From the NCBI GenBank assembly GCA_963666565.1, contig OY762911.1:2656001-2720000 (forward strand): a stretch of DNA of 64,000 bases, written 5' to 3'. The stretch's first letter is position 1. Each line of letters starts with the position of its first letter. The translations under genes were made by a program, and so were the position numbers. The stretch is from Thermoanaerobaculia bacterium. GTDB lineage: Bacteria > Acidobacteriota > Thermoanaerobaculia > Multivoradales > Multivoraceae. Positions 1 to 10,425 of the stretch are shown here, piece by piece. The notes under the pieces were generated by a model. That model saw nothing but the letters and a program-made list of their open reading frames with translations. It ran no database searches and was not told the origin of the DNA.

Positions 1-2822
1 GGCCGGTAGACGGCGGAGAGCGGGCGGCCGCCGATCTCGAAGCCGAAGTTCAACCGCAGGTAGGACCAGGCGCCCATGTTCCTGGGCTCTTCCTGCACCC
101 AGCGGACCTCGGCCCCGGCGGGAAACTCGCCGAGCGCGGCCTCGACTTCTTCCCCGGGGGCCGGGTAGAACTGCTCCATGCGCAGGATCGCGTGATCGTG
201 CGCGCCGATCTCCCGGCGGTGGGCGTCCAGGTCGTAGAACACCTTGCCGGCGCAGAGCAGGATCCGGCGGACCTTCGCCCGGTCCTCGCCGGAAGCGAGC
301 GCCGGATCCCTCAGGACCGGCTGGTAGCGGCCGGCGGCGAGTTCCGCGAGAGACGACCCGACCTCGCGGCGCCGCAGCAGGCTCTTCGGCGTGAAGACGA
401 CCAGCGGCTTGCGCTGGGCCCTCTCGACCTGCCGCCGCAGCAGGTGGAAGTACTGCGCCGGCGTCGACGGGTAGACGATCTGCATGTTCTCTTCGGCGGC
501 GAGCAGCAGCCAGCGTTCGACGCGGGCGCTCGAGTGCTCGGGCCCCTGGCCCTCGAAGCCGTGGGGCAGCAGGATGACGAGGCCGCTCAGCCGGTTCCAC
601 TTGTCCTCGGCGCTGGTGATGAACTGGTCGATGATGACCTGGGCCGCGTTGACGAAGTCGCCGAACTGGGCTTCCCAGAGCACCAGGCCGTCCGGGTAGT
701 CCAGGCTGAAGCCGTACTCGAACCCGAGCACCCCGGCCTCCGACAGCGGGCTGTTGAAGATCTCGACCGGCTCCTGGCCCTCGGCGACGTTCATCAGCGG
801 CCGGTAGTTCTCGTCGGTCACGCGGTCGTGCAGCACCGAGTGGCGCTGGCTGAACGTCCCGCGCTCGCAGTCCTGCCCGGTCAGCCGCACGCGGTGGCCG
901 GACTCGGCGGTCGCCGCGAACGCGAGCGCCTCGGCGGCGGCCCAGTCGAGCGGCCGCTTGCCTTCGGCCATGTCGGCGCGGGCGGCGAGGAAGCGGCGCA
1001 GGTTGCGGTGCAGGTTGAAGCCTTCCGGCAACTCGACGAGCCGCCTCAGATACTCCCGCAGCTTGCCTTCGTCGACTCCGGTGTCGGGCTCCGGGATGTC
1101 CTCCATCCGGCCGCCGACGAACGCGTTCCAGACGCCGTCGTAGGCCTGCGGACTCGTCTTCTCGTTCATCCGGCGGGCGGTGGCCAGAGCCCCCTCGAGT
1201 CGCTTCTCCTCGCGCTGGATGTGGATCTCCGCCTCCTCGGGTTCGATCTCGCCGAGTTCGAGCAGGTGCTCCAGGTAGTGGACCCGGACCGGATCGCGGG
1301 CCCGGATGCCGTCGTAGAGGATGGGCTGGGTGAAGGCCGGTTCGTCGCCCTCGTTGTGCCCGCGCCGGCGGTAGCAGTAGAGGTCGACGATCACGTCGCG
1401 GCGGTAACGCTGGCGGAAGTCGAGGGCGACGTTGACGACCTGGGCCACCGCCTCCGGCTGCTCGCCGTTGACGTGGAAGATCGGCGCCTGGAGCATCTTC
1501 GCGACGTCGGTGCAGTAGGTGTTCGAGCGCGAGCTCTCGGGCGGCGTGGTGAAGCCGATCTGGTTGTTGACGACGACGTGAAGCGCGCCTCCGATGTGGT
1601 ACGGGGGAAGCTGCGACAGGTTGAGCGACTCCTGGACGATTCCCTCGCCGGCGAAGGCGGCGTCGCCGTGAATGAGGAACAGCACGGCCCGGTCGCGCAG
1701 GTCGTTGCCGATCCGGTCCTGCTTGGCGCGCACGCGGCCCATCGCCACCGGGTTGATGAACTCGAGGTGGCTCGGGTTGAACGACAGGGAGAGGTGGATC
1801 CTGCGGCCCTGGTCCGTCGTCCAGTCGCTCGAGTGCCCCATGTGGTACTTGACGTCGCCGCCGCCCTTGTACTGATCCGCGTCGAGGTCCTCGAACTCGC
1901 GGAAGATGTCCCGGGTGGGCTTGCCGACGATGTTCGCGAGCACGTTCAGCCGGCCGCGGTGGGACATGCCGAAGACGATCTCCACCGCGCCCTGCTCGGC
2001 GACCTTCTCGATCGCCAGGTCGAGCAGGGGGATCAGGCTCTCCGCGCCCTCGAGCGAGAAGCTCTTGGCGCCGAGGTACTTCTTCTGGATGAACTCCTCG
2101 AACACCGCGGCGTCGATCAGCTTCTTCAGGATGCGCACCTGCTCGCGCCGGTTGAGATGGACCCGGTTGGCGCTGACCTCCATCCGCTCCTGGAGCCAGG
2201 TACGGACCTCCAGGTCGTCGATGTGCATGAACTCGGCGCTGATGTACTGGCAGTACGTTTCGCGCATCCGTTCCAACACTTCGCGCACCGTCGCGGTGTC
2301 GGCGCCGGGGATGCCGGCGGTCGAGACGGTGCGGTCCAGGTCGCTCTCGCTGATGCCGAGTCCCTCGAGTTCGAGTTCCTCCGGCAGCACGGGCGGATTG
2401 CGGAGCGGGTTGATGTCGGCGTACAGGTGGCCGCGGATCCGGTAGTTGCGGATCATGTCGTCCACGCGGCGCTGCAGCTCGATGGCTGCGGTCAGGGCGG
2501 AGGGCGCGCTGGCCTGCGCCTGCGCCGCGGGCGGTTCGGGCGCCGGCGTGGCTGGCCCGGGCGTGGCTGGCCCGGGCGCCGCGGGCCCAAGAGGCGCCGG
2601 CGCGGCGGTCGCCGGGGGTGCGGCCGCTCCGTTGCCGCCGAACAACGACGGCGGCTCGAGCGACGGCGCCAGGGCGCCGCTGCCGAGTTCTCCGGCGGCC
2701 GCCAGCGAGTCGAAGTAGCGTCGCCACTCTTCGCCGAGGGATGCCGGATCCCGGCGGTACTCGGCCAGGAGCGTCTCGACGTAGTCGAGAGAGAGGCTGT
2801 GCAACTGCTCTGGTTGGCTCAT
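1..2822 (-). CDS. sucA: 2-oxoglutarate dehydrogenase E1 component (3' end runs off the window)
   Basis: Not in the ORF track (open-ended). Reverse-strand translation gives MSQPEQLHSLSLDYVE..., YRIRGHL, GAKSFSLEG, GMSHRGRLNVL, DVKYHMG, NPSHLE, IHGDAAFAGEG, RGHNEGDEP, LWEAQFGDF, LLPHGFEGQGPEHSSAR. GGAGG RBS upstream of the ATG at 2822. Confidence 0.96.
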   Translation of the reverse strand, partial: MSQPEQLHSLSLDYVETLLAEYRRDPASLGEEWRRYFDSLAAAGELGSGALAPSLEPPSLFGGNGAAAPPATAAPAPLGPAAPGPATPGPATPAPEPPAAQAQASAPSALTAAIELQRRVDDMIRNYRIRGHLYADINPLRNPPVLPEELELEGLGISESDLDRTVSTAGIPGADTATVREVLERMRETYCQYISAEFMHIDDLEVRTWLQERMEVSANRVHLNRREQVRILKKLIDAAVFEEFIQKKYLGAKSFSLEGAESLIPLLDLAIEKVAEQGAVEIVFGMSHRGRLNVLANIVGKPTRDIFREFEDLDADQYKGGGDVKYHMGHSSDWTTDQGRRIHLSLSFNPSHLEFINPVAMGRVRAKQDRIGNDLRDRAVLFLIHGDAAFAGEGIVQESLNLSQLPPYHIGGALHVVVNNQIGFTTPPESSRSNTYCTDVAKMLQAPIFHVNGEQPEAVAQVVNVALDFRQRYRRDVIVDLYCYRRRGHNEGDEPAFTQPILYDGIRARDPVRVHYLEHLLELGEIEPEEAEIHIQREEKRLEGALATARRMNEKTSPQAYDGVWNAFVGGRMEDIPEPDTGVDEGKLREYLRRLVELPEGFNLHRNLRRFLAARADMAEGKRPLDWAAAEALAFAATAESGHRVRLTGQDCERGTFSQRHSVLHDRVTDENYRPLMNVAEGQEPVEIFNSPLSEAGVLGFEYGFSLDYPDGLVLWEAQFGDFVNAAQVIIDQFITSAEDKWNRLSGLVILLPHGFEGQGPEHSSARVERWLLLAAEENMQIVYPSTPAQYFHLLRRQVERAQRKPLVVFTPKSLLRRREVGSSLAELAAGRYQPVLRDPALASGEDRAKVRRILLCAGKVFYDLDAHRREIGAHDHAILRMEQFYPAPGEEVEAALGEFPAGAEVRWVQEEPRNMGAWSYLRLNFGFEIGGRPLSAVYR

Positions 2823-2859
2823 CGCCGCCTACCTCCGTGATCGAACGCTAGCAGGAGTC

Positions 2860-2914
2860 GCGGCGCGTCCTCCTCAGAAGCCGCCGCACCCGGTGTGAGC
2901 CGCCCTGCCGTGGT
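2860..2914 (-). repeat. REP-like dispersed repeat, copy A
   Basis: Minus strand ACCACGGCAGGGCGGCTCACACCGGGTGCG matches 59273-59301 with 1 gap and 1 mismatch. Confidence 0.75.
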
Positions 2915-2931
2915 TCCAGGCAAGCCCCGGG

Positions 2932-3999
2932 TCAAGCGCGCTCCGCCTGGAGCCGCGGGTCGATCACGTCTCTCAGCGTATCGCCCACGAGGTTGAAACT
3001 CAGCACGGCGACGAAGATCGCCACGCAGGCGGGGGGAATCATGTGGCCGGCGGTGAACAGGTTCTCGTAGCCCGACCGCAGGATCGTGCCCCAGGAGGCG
3101 TCGGGCGGCTGGACGCCGAAGCCGAGCCACGAGAGCCCCGCCTCGATCAGGATGGACACGGCGATGCCGAAGGTCACGCTGACCAGCACCGGCGCCAGCG
3201 CGTTCGGCAGCAGGTGGCGCAGCACGAGCTGGGCCGGCTTGACGCCCAGCGAGCGGGCGGCCAGGGCGTAGTCCGTCTCGCGGATGCGCAGGATCTCGCC
3301 GCGCGCGAAGCGGGCGATGCCGACCCACCGGGTCAGGCCGATGACGATCATCACGTTCTCGATGCTGGGCGGGAACCAGGCCAGCACGGCGAGGATCAGG
3401 AAGAAGGGCGGGAAGCACATGACGACTTCGATGAAGCGCGAGATGACGAGGTCCGCCGCGCCGCCCGCGTAGCCGGCGATGCAGCCGAGCACGAGCCCCA
3501 GGATGACCGCGATGCCCATCGACAGGAACCCGACCTTCATCGACACGACGGTGCCGTGGACCATCCGCGACAGGACGTCGCGCCCCGACTGGTCGGTGCC
3601 CAGCCAGTGACGGCCGGAGGGTCCGGCCAGGGGTTCGGCGGCGATCTCCCGGGGACCGTAGCGCACCGGAGTCCACAGCGCCCAGTCGCCGCGCTCCGGG
3701 TCGAACTCCCGCTTGAAGTCGAAGGTCGCCAGGCGGTAGGGGCGCTTCTTCTGGACGATCAGGCTGGCGCCCGGGACCTGGTGGACGAGGTCGACGACCG
3801 CCGGGAAGTAGAAGCCGCCGTCGAACCGGCACAGGATCGGTTGTTCGTTGGCCAGGATCGGCGACAGGAAGGCCACCAGGAACAGCGCCGCCACCACGCA
3901 CAGGCCGATCATGCCGAGCCGGTGGGTGCGGAACCGGCGCCAGGTGATCCCCCAGTAGGAGCGGACCGGCGCGGGGTTGCTGGCTGCCTCGACCGTCAC
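2932..3999 (-). CDS. oppC: Oligopeptide/dipeptide ABC transporter permease (OppC/DppC)
   Basis: HWLGTDQSGRDV, RHLLPNAL, EAGLSWLGFG, GDTLRDVIDPR motifs. Confidence 0.92.
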   Translation of the reverse strand: MTVEAASNPAPVRSYWGITWRRFRTHRLGMIGLCVVAALFLVAFLSPILANEQPILCRFDGGFYFPAVVDLVHQVPGASLIVQKKRPYRLATFDFKREFDPERGDWALWTPVRYGPREIAAEPLAGPSGRHWLGTDQSGRDVLSRMVHGTVVSMKVGFLSMGIAVILGLVLGCIAGYAGGAADLVISRFIEVVMCFPPFFLILAVLAWFPPSIENVMIVIGLTRWVGIARFARGEILRIRETDYALAARSLGVKPAQLVLRHLLPNALAPVLVSVTFGIAVSILIEAGLSWLGFGVQPPDASWGTILRSGYENLFTAGHMIPPACVAIFVAVLSFNLVGDTLRDVIDPRLQAERA

Positions 4000-4000
4000 G

Positions 4001-4981
4001 TCACTTCTCGTAGCTGATGCGGGGATCGACCAGGCCGTAGGTCAGGTCGGCGATGAAGGTGATGCCGAGCACCAGCAGGGCGGTGATGAAGTTGAGCGCC
4101 ATGATCGTCGGGTAGTCGCGCTGCAGGACGGACTCGAAGTACAGGCGGCCCAGCCCCGGCCAGTTGAACATGTACTCGAGGATCACGCTGCCGCTCAGCA
4201 CGAACGGGAAGGTGAGGCCGATCAGCGAGATGAGCGGGATCAGGCTGTTGGTGAACGCGTGCTTGAGCACCACGCTCCGCTCGCCCAGGCCCTTGGCCCG
4301 GGCGGTGCGGATGTAGTCCTGCCGCACCACCTCGAGCAGGTTCTGGCGGATGAAGCGCGAGTAGTAGGCGAGGTTGCCGAAGGTGAAGCAGAAGGTGATC
4401 AGGACGTAGTGCTGCGCCAGGTCCCACATCTGGCCGAGCGTCGTCATCTCGTCGTAGCCGTCGGACCTCATGCCGCGGAAGGGGAGCAGGTCCCACTTCA
4501 CGCCCAGGTAGAGGATGAGCAGCATGCCGGCGACGTAGTTCGGCACCGAATAGAGCATGTAGAGCCCGGTGCTGACCGAGCGGTCGAAGCCGCCGCCCTG
4601 GCGCAGTGCGCTGTAGATCCCGATCGGCGTCGAGACGATCAGGGTCAGCATGAAGGAGAGCAGCGCCACCGACAGGGTGGGCCACAGCGCCTCGCCGATC
4701 TTGGCCGAGACCCGGCGTCCGTCGTGGAAGGACGAGCCGAGATCGCCCACCAGCACCTTGCCGATCCAGTTCGCGTACTGCACCGGGATCGGCTTGTCGA
4801 GCCCGTAGAGCTCGCGGAGCTGCTGGTAGACGCGCTCCGACACCGCGGCGTCGGCGATCTGGGAGGTCTGGATCTGGGCCGGGTCCCCCGGCACGAGCTG
4901 GATGATGAAGAACGAGATGACCGAGATGCCGAACAGGGTGACCAGCCCGGTGACGAGCCGGCGGAGGATGTAGCTGAACAA
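4001..4981 (-). CDS. oppB: Oligopeptide/dipeptide ABC transporter permease (OppB/DppB)
   Basis: YILRR, PGDPA, GLDKP, DYIRTARAKGL, FNWPGLG, RDYP, DPRI motifs. TTG start at 4981 preferred over 5053, which overlaps the MATE gene. Confidence 0.92.
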   Translation of the reverse strand: MFSYILRRLVTGLVTLFGISVISFFIIQLVPGDPAQIQTSQIADAAVSERVYQQLRELYGLDKPIPVQYANWIGKVLVGDLGSSFHDGRRVSAKIGEALWPTLSVALLSFMLTLIVSTPIGIYSALRQGGGFDRSVSTGLYMLYSVPNYVAGMLLILYLGVKWDLLPFRGMRSDGYDEMTTLGQMWDLAQHYVLITFCFTFGNLAYYSRFIRQNLLEVVRQDYIRTARAKGLGERSVVLKHAFTNSLIPLISLIGLTFPFVLSGSVILEYMFNWPGLGRLYFESVLQRDYPTIMALNFITALLVLGITFIADLTYGLVDPRISYEK

Positions 4982-5034
4982 GGTCGTTCTCTCGGCGGGG
5001 AAGGGGCCTACAATATCGCCGCTGGAGGCGGCGG

Positions 5035-6426
5035 ATGAACGGGAGCAGTGCAACCGGCGACGACCGGCCCGTCCGGCGCGAGTTGGGCGCGGTCCTGCGG
5101 CTCGCTACGCCGGTGATCCTGGTTCAGGTCGGCATGGTGCTGATGGGCGCCGTGGACACGGCGATGCTGGGCCGCGTGTCCGAGACTGCGCTGGCCGCCG
5201 GCTCGATCGGCAACGCCCTGTCGATCGCGGTCATCTGGTCGTTCATCGGCATCCTGCTCGCGATCGACCCGATGGTCGCGCAGGCCTTCGGCGCGGGCGA
5301 CCGCCGGCGGATCGCCCGCGTCCTCTGCCGGGGGGTCGGCCTCGCCGTTCTCCTGTCCGTCCCGGCCACCGCGATCGTGCTGAGGCTGGAGCTCCTCCTG
5401 CCGCTCACCGGTCAGCCGGAGGCGGTCGTCGGGCCGGCCTCCGCCTACCTGCGGGGGATCGGCCCCGGCGTCGTCGCCTTCCTGCTCTTCATGTGCCTGC
5501 GGCAGACGCTCCAGGCGATGAGCATCGTGCGCCCGGCGCTGATCGCGACGGTCGTGGCGAACGTCTTCAACGTCGTCGCCAACTGGGCGCTCATCTTCGG
5601 CAATCTCGGCTTCCCGGCGCTGGGCGCGCGGGGCTCCGCCTTCGCGACTTCGGGGTCCCGCTGGGTCATGCTGATCGTCATTTCCGTGTTCGCCTGGCGT
5701 CATCTGCGCCCCTACTTCCGGGGCTGGAGGCTCCGGTGGCTCCGCCCGGCCGCCTTGTGGCCGTTCCTCTACGTCGGCGTGCCGATCGCCGTCCAGGTCT
5801 CGCTCGAGGTCACGGTGTTCAGCTTCGCCGCCGTTCTGATCGGACGGCTGGGGGAGGCGCAGCTCGGCGGCCACCAGGTCGCGATCAGCATCGCGTCGAT
5901 CTCCTTCATGGTGCCGCTCGGCTTCGCCGGGGCGGCGACGACCCGGGTGGGCAACGCGATCGGCCGTCGCGATCCGGACGGGGCGCGCCTCTCCGCTCTT
6001 GTCTGCCTGGGCCTTGGGACCGGCGTCATGGTCGCCTTCGGCGGCGTCTTCTTCTCGTTCCCGGGACTCATCGCGCGGATGTTCAGCGACGTGCCGGAAC
6101 TCGTCGCCGCCGGCGCGGCGCTGATTCCGATCGCCGGCCTGTTCCAGGTCGCGGACGGTCTCCAGGTCGCTGCCGCCGGCGTCCTGCGCGGCGCCGCGGA
6201 CACGCGTTTCCCCGCCGCCGTCGCTCTCGTCGGCTACTGGGTAGTCGGCATGCCGGCCGGCTACTGGCTGACCTTCCACCAGGGGCTCGGGCCGGCCGGC
6301 GTCTGGTGGGGCCTCACGTTCGGCCTCGTCTTCGTCGCGATCTTCCTGAGCTTCCGGGTGCGCTGGCGGCTCCGGCGCACCGAGCCCGCCAGCCTCGTGC
6401 CGGAGGATCCGGCGGACGACGAGTGA
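5035..6426 (+). CDS. MATE family efflux transporter (NorM-like)
   Basis: VDTAMLGR, LIFGNLGFPALG, TRVGNAIG, FQVADGLQ, LRGAADT motifs; many hydrophobic segments. Confidence 0.93.
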   Translation: MNGSSATGDDRPVRRELGAVLRLATPVILVQVGMVLMGAVDTAMLGRVSETALAAGSIGNALSIAVIWSFIGILLAIDPMVAQAFGAGDRRRIARVLCRGVGLAVLLSVPATAIVLRLELLLPLTGQPEAVVGPASAYLRGIGPGVVAFLLFMCLRQTLQAMSIVRPALIATVVANVFNVVANWALIFGNLGFPALGARGSAFATSGSRWVMLIVISVFAWRHLRPYFRGWRLRWLRPAALWPFLYVGVPIAVQVSLEVTVFSFAAVLIGRLGEAQLGGHQVAISIASISFMVPLGFAGAATTRVGNAIGRRDPDGARLSALVCLGLGTGVMVAFGGVFFSFPGLIARMFSDVPELVAAGAALIPIAGLFQVADGLQVAAAGVLRGAADTRFPAAVALVGYWVVGMPAGYWLTFHQGLGPAGVWWGLTFGLVFVAIFLSFRVRWRLRRTEPASLVPEDPADDE

Positions 6427-6455
6427 CTCCTCGTCTCCTGTAGTCTCCCGCAGCC

Positions 6456-7703
6456 ATGACGCGCAAGAAAGCCGTGCTCGCCTACAGCGGCGGCCTCGAC
6501 ACCTCCGTCATCCTGCGGACGCTGCAGGAGCGGGGGTTCGACGTCGTCGCCGTGATCGTCGACGTCGGGCAGCGGGAGGACTTCGACGCCCAGGCCCGCC
6601 GGGCGGAGGCGATCGGCGCCTCAAGGGTCTACGTCGAGGACGTCCGGCGCGAGTTCGTGACGGACTTCATCTACCCGGCGGTCGCCGGCAACGCCGTCTA
6701 CGAGAACCGCTACCTGCTCGGCACCGCGCTGGCGCGGCCGCTGATCGCCAGGCGCCAGGCCGAGATCGCGATCCGCGAAGGCGCCGACGTGCTCTCCCAC
6801 GGGGCCACCGGGAAGGGAAACGACCAGGTCCGGTTCGAGTTCGGCTACGCCGCGCTCGCGCCGCACATCGAGGTCTACGCGCCGTGGAAGGACGCGGAGT
6901 TCCTGAAGCGCTTCCAGGGCCGCACCGATCTGCTGAACTACGCTGAGGAACAGGGCATCCCGATCGAGGCCTCGTCCGAGAAGCCGTACAGCATGGACGA
7001 GAACCTGATGCACAAGAGCTACGAGGCCGGCCTGCTCGAGGACCCGATGCAGGCGCCGACCGAGGACATGTTCTCGCTCAGCGTGTCGCCCCTCGACGCC
7101 CCGGACGAGCCGACCGGGATCGAGGTCGAGTTCAAGGACGCTCGCCCGGTCCGCGTCCGCGACCGGACGAACGGCGTCGAGCACACGGACCCGCTCGCGC
7201 TGTTCGAGTATCTGAACGAGGTCGGCGGCCGGAACGGGATCGGCCGGATCGACATCGTCGAGAACCGGTTCGTCGGCATCAAGTCCCGCGGCGTCTACGA
7301 GACCCCCGGCGGCACGATTCTCCACCACGCCCTGCGCGACCTCGAAGGCGTGGCGATGGACCGCGAAGTTCAGCGCCTGCGCGACGGCCTGTCACCGAAG
7401 TTCGCCGAGCTGATCTACAACGGTTTCTGGTTCTCGCCCGAGATGGAGTTCATTCGCGCCGCGTTCCAGCAGGCCGAGCGGATCATCGACGGCACGGTTC
7501 ATCTGCGCCTCTACAAGGGAAGCGTGACGATCCTCGGCCGCGAGTCGCCGAGTTCGCTGTACGATCGGAACCTGTCTTCGATGGACGTCGAGGGCGGCTA
7601 CGACCAGACGGACGCCCGCGGCTTCATCCGCATCAACGCGCTCCGGCTCAAGGCCCACCAGGTCATCGTCGGCGGCCGCGGCGGCGAAGACGAAGGCGCC
7701 TAG
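6456..7703 (+). CDS. argG: Argininosuccinate synthase
   Basis: [46 protein letters not shown]. Confidence 0.98.
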   Translation: MTRKKAVLAYSGGLDTSVILRTLQERGFDVVAVIVDVGQREDFDAQARRAEAIGASRVYVEDVRREFVTDFIYPAVAGNAVYENRYLLGTALARPLIARRQAEIAIREGADVLSHGATGKGNDQVRFEFGYAALAPHIEVYAPWKDAEFLKRFQGRTDLLNYAEEQGIPIEASSEKPYSMDENLMHKSYEAGLLEDPMQAPTEDMFSLSVSPLDAPDEPTGIEVEFKDARPVRVRDRTNGVEHTDPLALFEYLNEVGGRNGIGRIDIVENRFVGIKSRGVYETPGGTILHHALRDLEGVAMDREVQRLRDGLSPKFAELIYNGFWFSPEMEFIRAAFQQAERIIDGTVHLRLYKGSVTILGRESPSSLYDRNLSSMDVEGGYDQTDARGFIRINALRLKAHQVIVGGRGGEDEGA

Positions 7704-7742
7704 GCGCTTGCGCAGCCCGGCCAAGCGCATCGAGGGAGGAGC

Positions 7743-9347
7743 TTGAACGGCGGTCAGGGCGCTCCGGCATCTCTCTCCCGCCGCCAGCGTGCCGCCGCGA
7801 CGGGCGGCGTCATGGCGGCCCTGTTCCTCGGCGCGATGGGGCAGACCAGCCTGACGACGGCGATGCCCGCCATCGTCGCCGACCTGGGCGGTTTCGACCG
7901 CTACACCTGGGCGCTGACCTCCTACCTGGTCGCCGCCGCCGTGACGACGCCTATCGTCGGCCGGTTGGCCGACCTGCACGGGCGCCGGGTGTTCTTCGTC
8001 GTCGGACTCCTGATCCTGATCGTCGGCTCGGCGCCGGCCGCCCTGGCGACGACGATGACGCAGCTCGTCGCGCTGCGGGCGATCCAGGGCATCGGCGGCG
8101 GGATCGTCATGTCGAACTGCATCATCGCGATCGCGGATCTCTTCGCGCCCGAGGAACGGGGCAAGGCCCAGGGACTGGTCGGTGCGGTCGTCTTTCTCGC
8201 CACGGTGGCGGGTCCGCTGGTGGCCGGCCTGGTCACCGATCAGTGGTCCTGGCGCCTGATCTTCGCGGTCAACGTGGTGGCGGGACTCGCCGTGCTGATC
8301 GTCGTCCTGCGGACCTTTCCGGCCCTCCGGCCCGAGGTCGACGACCGCGCGCTGGACCCCGCCGGCATGGCGGCGCTCGCGCTGGCGGTGACGCCGATCA
8401 TGGTCGGGGCCTCCCTGGCCGGGGAGGGCCACGCGCTGACGTCGCCGCGGGTCGGCGGCCTCCTGGCGTTCGGCCTGGCCATGGCCGCGGTCTTCGTGCT
8501 GATCGAGTCGAGAGCGGCCGCTCCGGTCATGCCGCTCGGGATCTACCGCGACCGGACGGTCGCTGCGTCGGTGGCGCTCACCGCTCTGGCCTCCTTCGGC
8601 CTCTACGCCACCGTCCTCTTCGTGCCGCTCTTCGTTCAGAGCGTGCAGGGCGTCTCGGCCACCGGCAGCGGAGGCATCCTGGCGCCGCTGGGCCTCGGCG
8701 TCGTCTTCGGCGCCGTCGCGTCCGGCCAACTGCAGTCCCGGGCCGGCGGAAGCTACCGCCTGCACGGCGTCGCCGGCGGCCTCCTGCTGAGCGGCGGAAC
8801 CTGGCTTCTCTCGACGATGGGGCCGCAGACCGGTCTTGGCGTCGTCTCGGCGTATCTCGCCGTCGCCGGCGTCGGCGTGGGGTGGATCACCACCGTGGTC
8901 ACCGTGGCGGTGCAGAACGCGGTGCCGTTCGCGAGCGTGGGCGTGGCGACGGCTGCGCTTCAGTTCTTCCGGCAGGTCAGCGGTTCGCTGGGTCTGGCGG
9001 TTCTCGGGGCGGCGCTTTCGCTGCGGTTCGCGTCGCGGTTCGAAGCCGGGCTGTCGGATGCGGTCCGGACCGCCGTGGCGCCGGAACAGCTCGAAGCGCT
9101 CAGGAGCGATCCCCGGGTGCTGGCGGATCCGGTCGCGGCCGACGCGCTGAGGGCGTCCCTCGCCGAGACGGGCCCGGAGGCCGCCGAGACGGCGGAAGAT
9201 CTGATCGGCGGGTTGAACGCCGCCGTGGCCGGAGCGGTGGGGGACGCGCTGGTTCTATGCGCCGCGGTCACGGCGATCGGAGTCGTCGCGGGCCTGTGGC
9301 TCAAGCCCGGCGCCGCCGGCGAGGCGACGCCGGCGGCTTCGTCCTGA
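7743..9347 (+). CDS. MFS transporter, DHA2/EmrB-QacA type
   Basis: TTAMPAIVADLGG, GRLADLHGRR motif A, RAIQGIGGG, WRLIFAVN; about 14 hydrophobic segments. Confidence 0.9.
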   Translation: MNGGQGAPASLSRRQRAAATGGVMAALFLGAMGQTSLTTAMPAIVADLGGFDRYTWALTSYLVAAAVTTPIVGRLADLHGRRVFFVVGLLILIVGSAPAALATTMTQLVALRAIQGIGGGIVMSNCIIAIADLFAPEERGKAQGLVGAVVFLATVAGPLVAGLVTDQWSWRLIFAVNVVAGLAVLIVVLRTFPALRPEVDDRALDPAGMAALALAVTPIMVGASLAGEGHALTSPRVGGLLAFGLAMAAVFVLIESRAAAPVMPLGIYRDRTVAASVALTALASFGLYATVLFVPLFVQSVQGVSATGSGGILAPLGLGVVFGAVASGQLQSRAGGSYRLHGVAGGLLLSGGTWLLSTMGPQTGLGVVSAYLAVAGVGVGWITTVVTVAVQNAVPFASVGVATAALQFFRQVSGSLGLAVLGAALSLRFASRFEAGLSDAVRTAVAPEQLEALRSDPRVLADPVAADALRASLAETGPEAAETAEDLIGGLNAAVAGAVGDALVLCAAVTAIGVVAGLWLKPGAAGEATPAASS

Positions 9348-9431
9348 CGGGGCGCCGACCCCTCCTGACCCGACTGGGCTGGAAGTCGGGTGCCGAGGGC
9401 CAACGCGGAATCTGCGACGGGTTTGACGGCG

Positions 9432-10403
9432 CTAGCTCGAGAGCGCCGCGAGCTTCTCGGTCAGCAGCGGCACGACCGCCTTGTAGTCCTCGACGATGCC
9501 GAAGCTGCAGTGCTTGAAGATCGGCGCGTCGGCGTCCGTGTTGATCGCCGCGACGACCTTGCTGTCGCCCATGCCGAGGAGGTGCTGGCTGGCGCCGGAG
9601 ATCGCGATGGCGATGTAGAGCTCGGGGGCCACCTTCTTGCCGGTCTGGCCGACTTGCCAGTTCGGGGGCACCCAGCCGGCGTCGCAGGCGGCGCGCGAGG
9701 CGCCCTGCTCGGCGCCGATCGTGTCGGCGAGTGCCTTCAGTTCCTGGAAGGGCTCGGGGCCGCCGAGTCCGCGGCCGCCGGAGACGATGACCTGGGCGTC
9801 CTCCAGGCGGACGCCTTCCTGTTCCGCCACTTCGCGGCCGGTGACGCGGATGCGCGGGGGATCGAGCGCCAGATCGACCGACGTCACCTCGCCGGGCGAC
9901 GGCCGCTCGGGCGCGGGTTCGAAGCCGCGGGCGCGCAGCCAGACGACCGCCGGCTGCTTCTTCAGCCGGTAGATCGAGATCGCCTTGCCGCCGTAGGCGG
10001 TGCGCTGGGCCAGCAGCTCGCCGCCGTCCATCCGGATCGCGGCCGCGTCGGCCATCGAGGCGCCGCCCAGGCGGTGGGCGAGCCGGGGCGCGAGTTCCTG
10101 GCTGTAGGTGTCGTTGCCGAGCAGCACGGCGACGTAGTCGCCGCCGCCCGCGGCGTGGAGCTGCTGCGCCGCCTGCAGCGCCTGTTCGGGCTGGACGTCG
10201 CGGAGCTCCTCGTTGGCGCCGGCCACGACGCGGTCGGAGACGGCCGCCAGGGCCGCGAGCGCCTCGTCGCCGGCCGGGCCGATCACCAGGGCGTGGAGTT
10301 CGCCGCCGACGCTGTCGGCCAGGGCGCGTCCGGCGCCCATCGCGCCCTGCGCGGCGCGGTCGTAGCCGAAGCTGCCAAGAACACAGACTGCAACGTTCGC
10401 CAT
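9432..10403 (-). CDS. etfA: Electron transfer flavoprotein alpha subunit
   Basis: [47 protein letters not shown]. Confidence 0.96.
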   Translation of the reverse strand: MANVAVCVLGSFGYDRAAQGAMGAGRALADSVGGELHALVIGPAGDEALAALAAVSDRVVAGANEELRDVQPEQALQAAQQLHAAGGGDYVAVLLGNDTYSQELAPRLAHRLGGASMADAAAIRMDGGELLAQRTAYGGKAISIYRLKKQPAVVWLRARGFEPAPERPSPGEVTSVDLALDPPRIRVTGREVAEQEGVRLEDAQVIVSGGRGLGGPEPFQELKALADTIGAEQGASRAACDAGWVPPNWQVGQTGKKVAPELYIAIAISGASQHLLGMGDSKVVAAINTDADAPIFKHCSFGIVEDYKAVVPLLTEKLAALSS

Positions 10404-10425
10404 CGTTCCTTCTCCTTCTCCCGCG

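Noticed and set aside
192-2840. 882-aa plus-strand ORF and other long ORFs such as 31804-35421, 36845-41194, 42396-45779 and 60221-62872
   Set aside because: These are antisense or off-frame shadows of well-supported genes, expected at this GC content, and carry no recognisable motifs.
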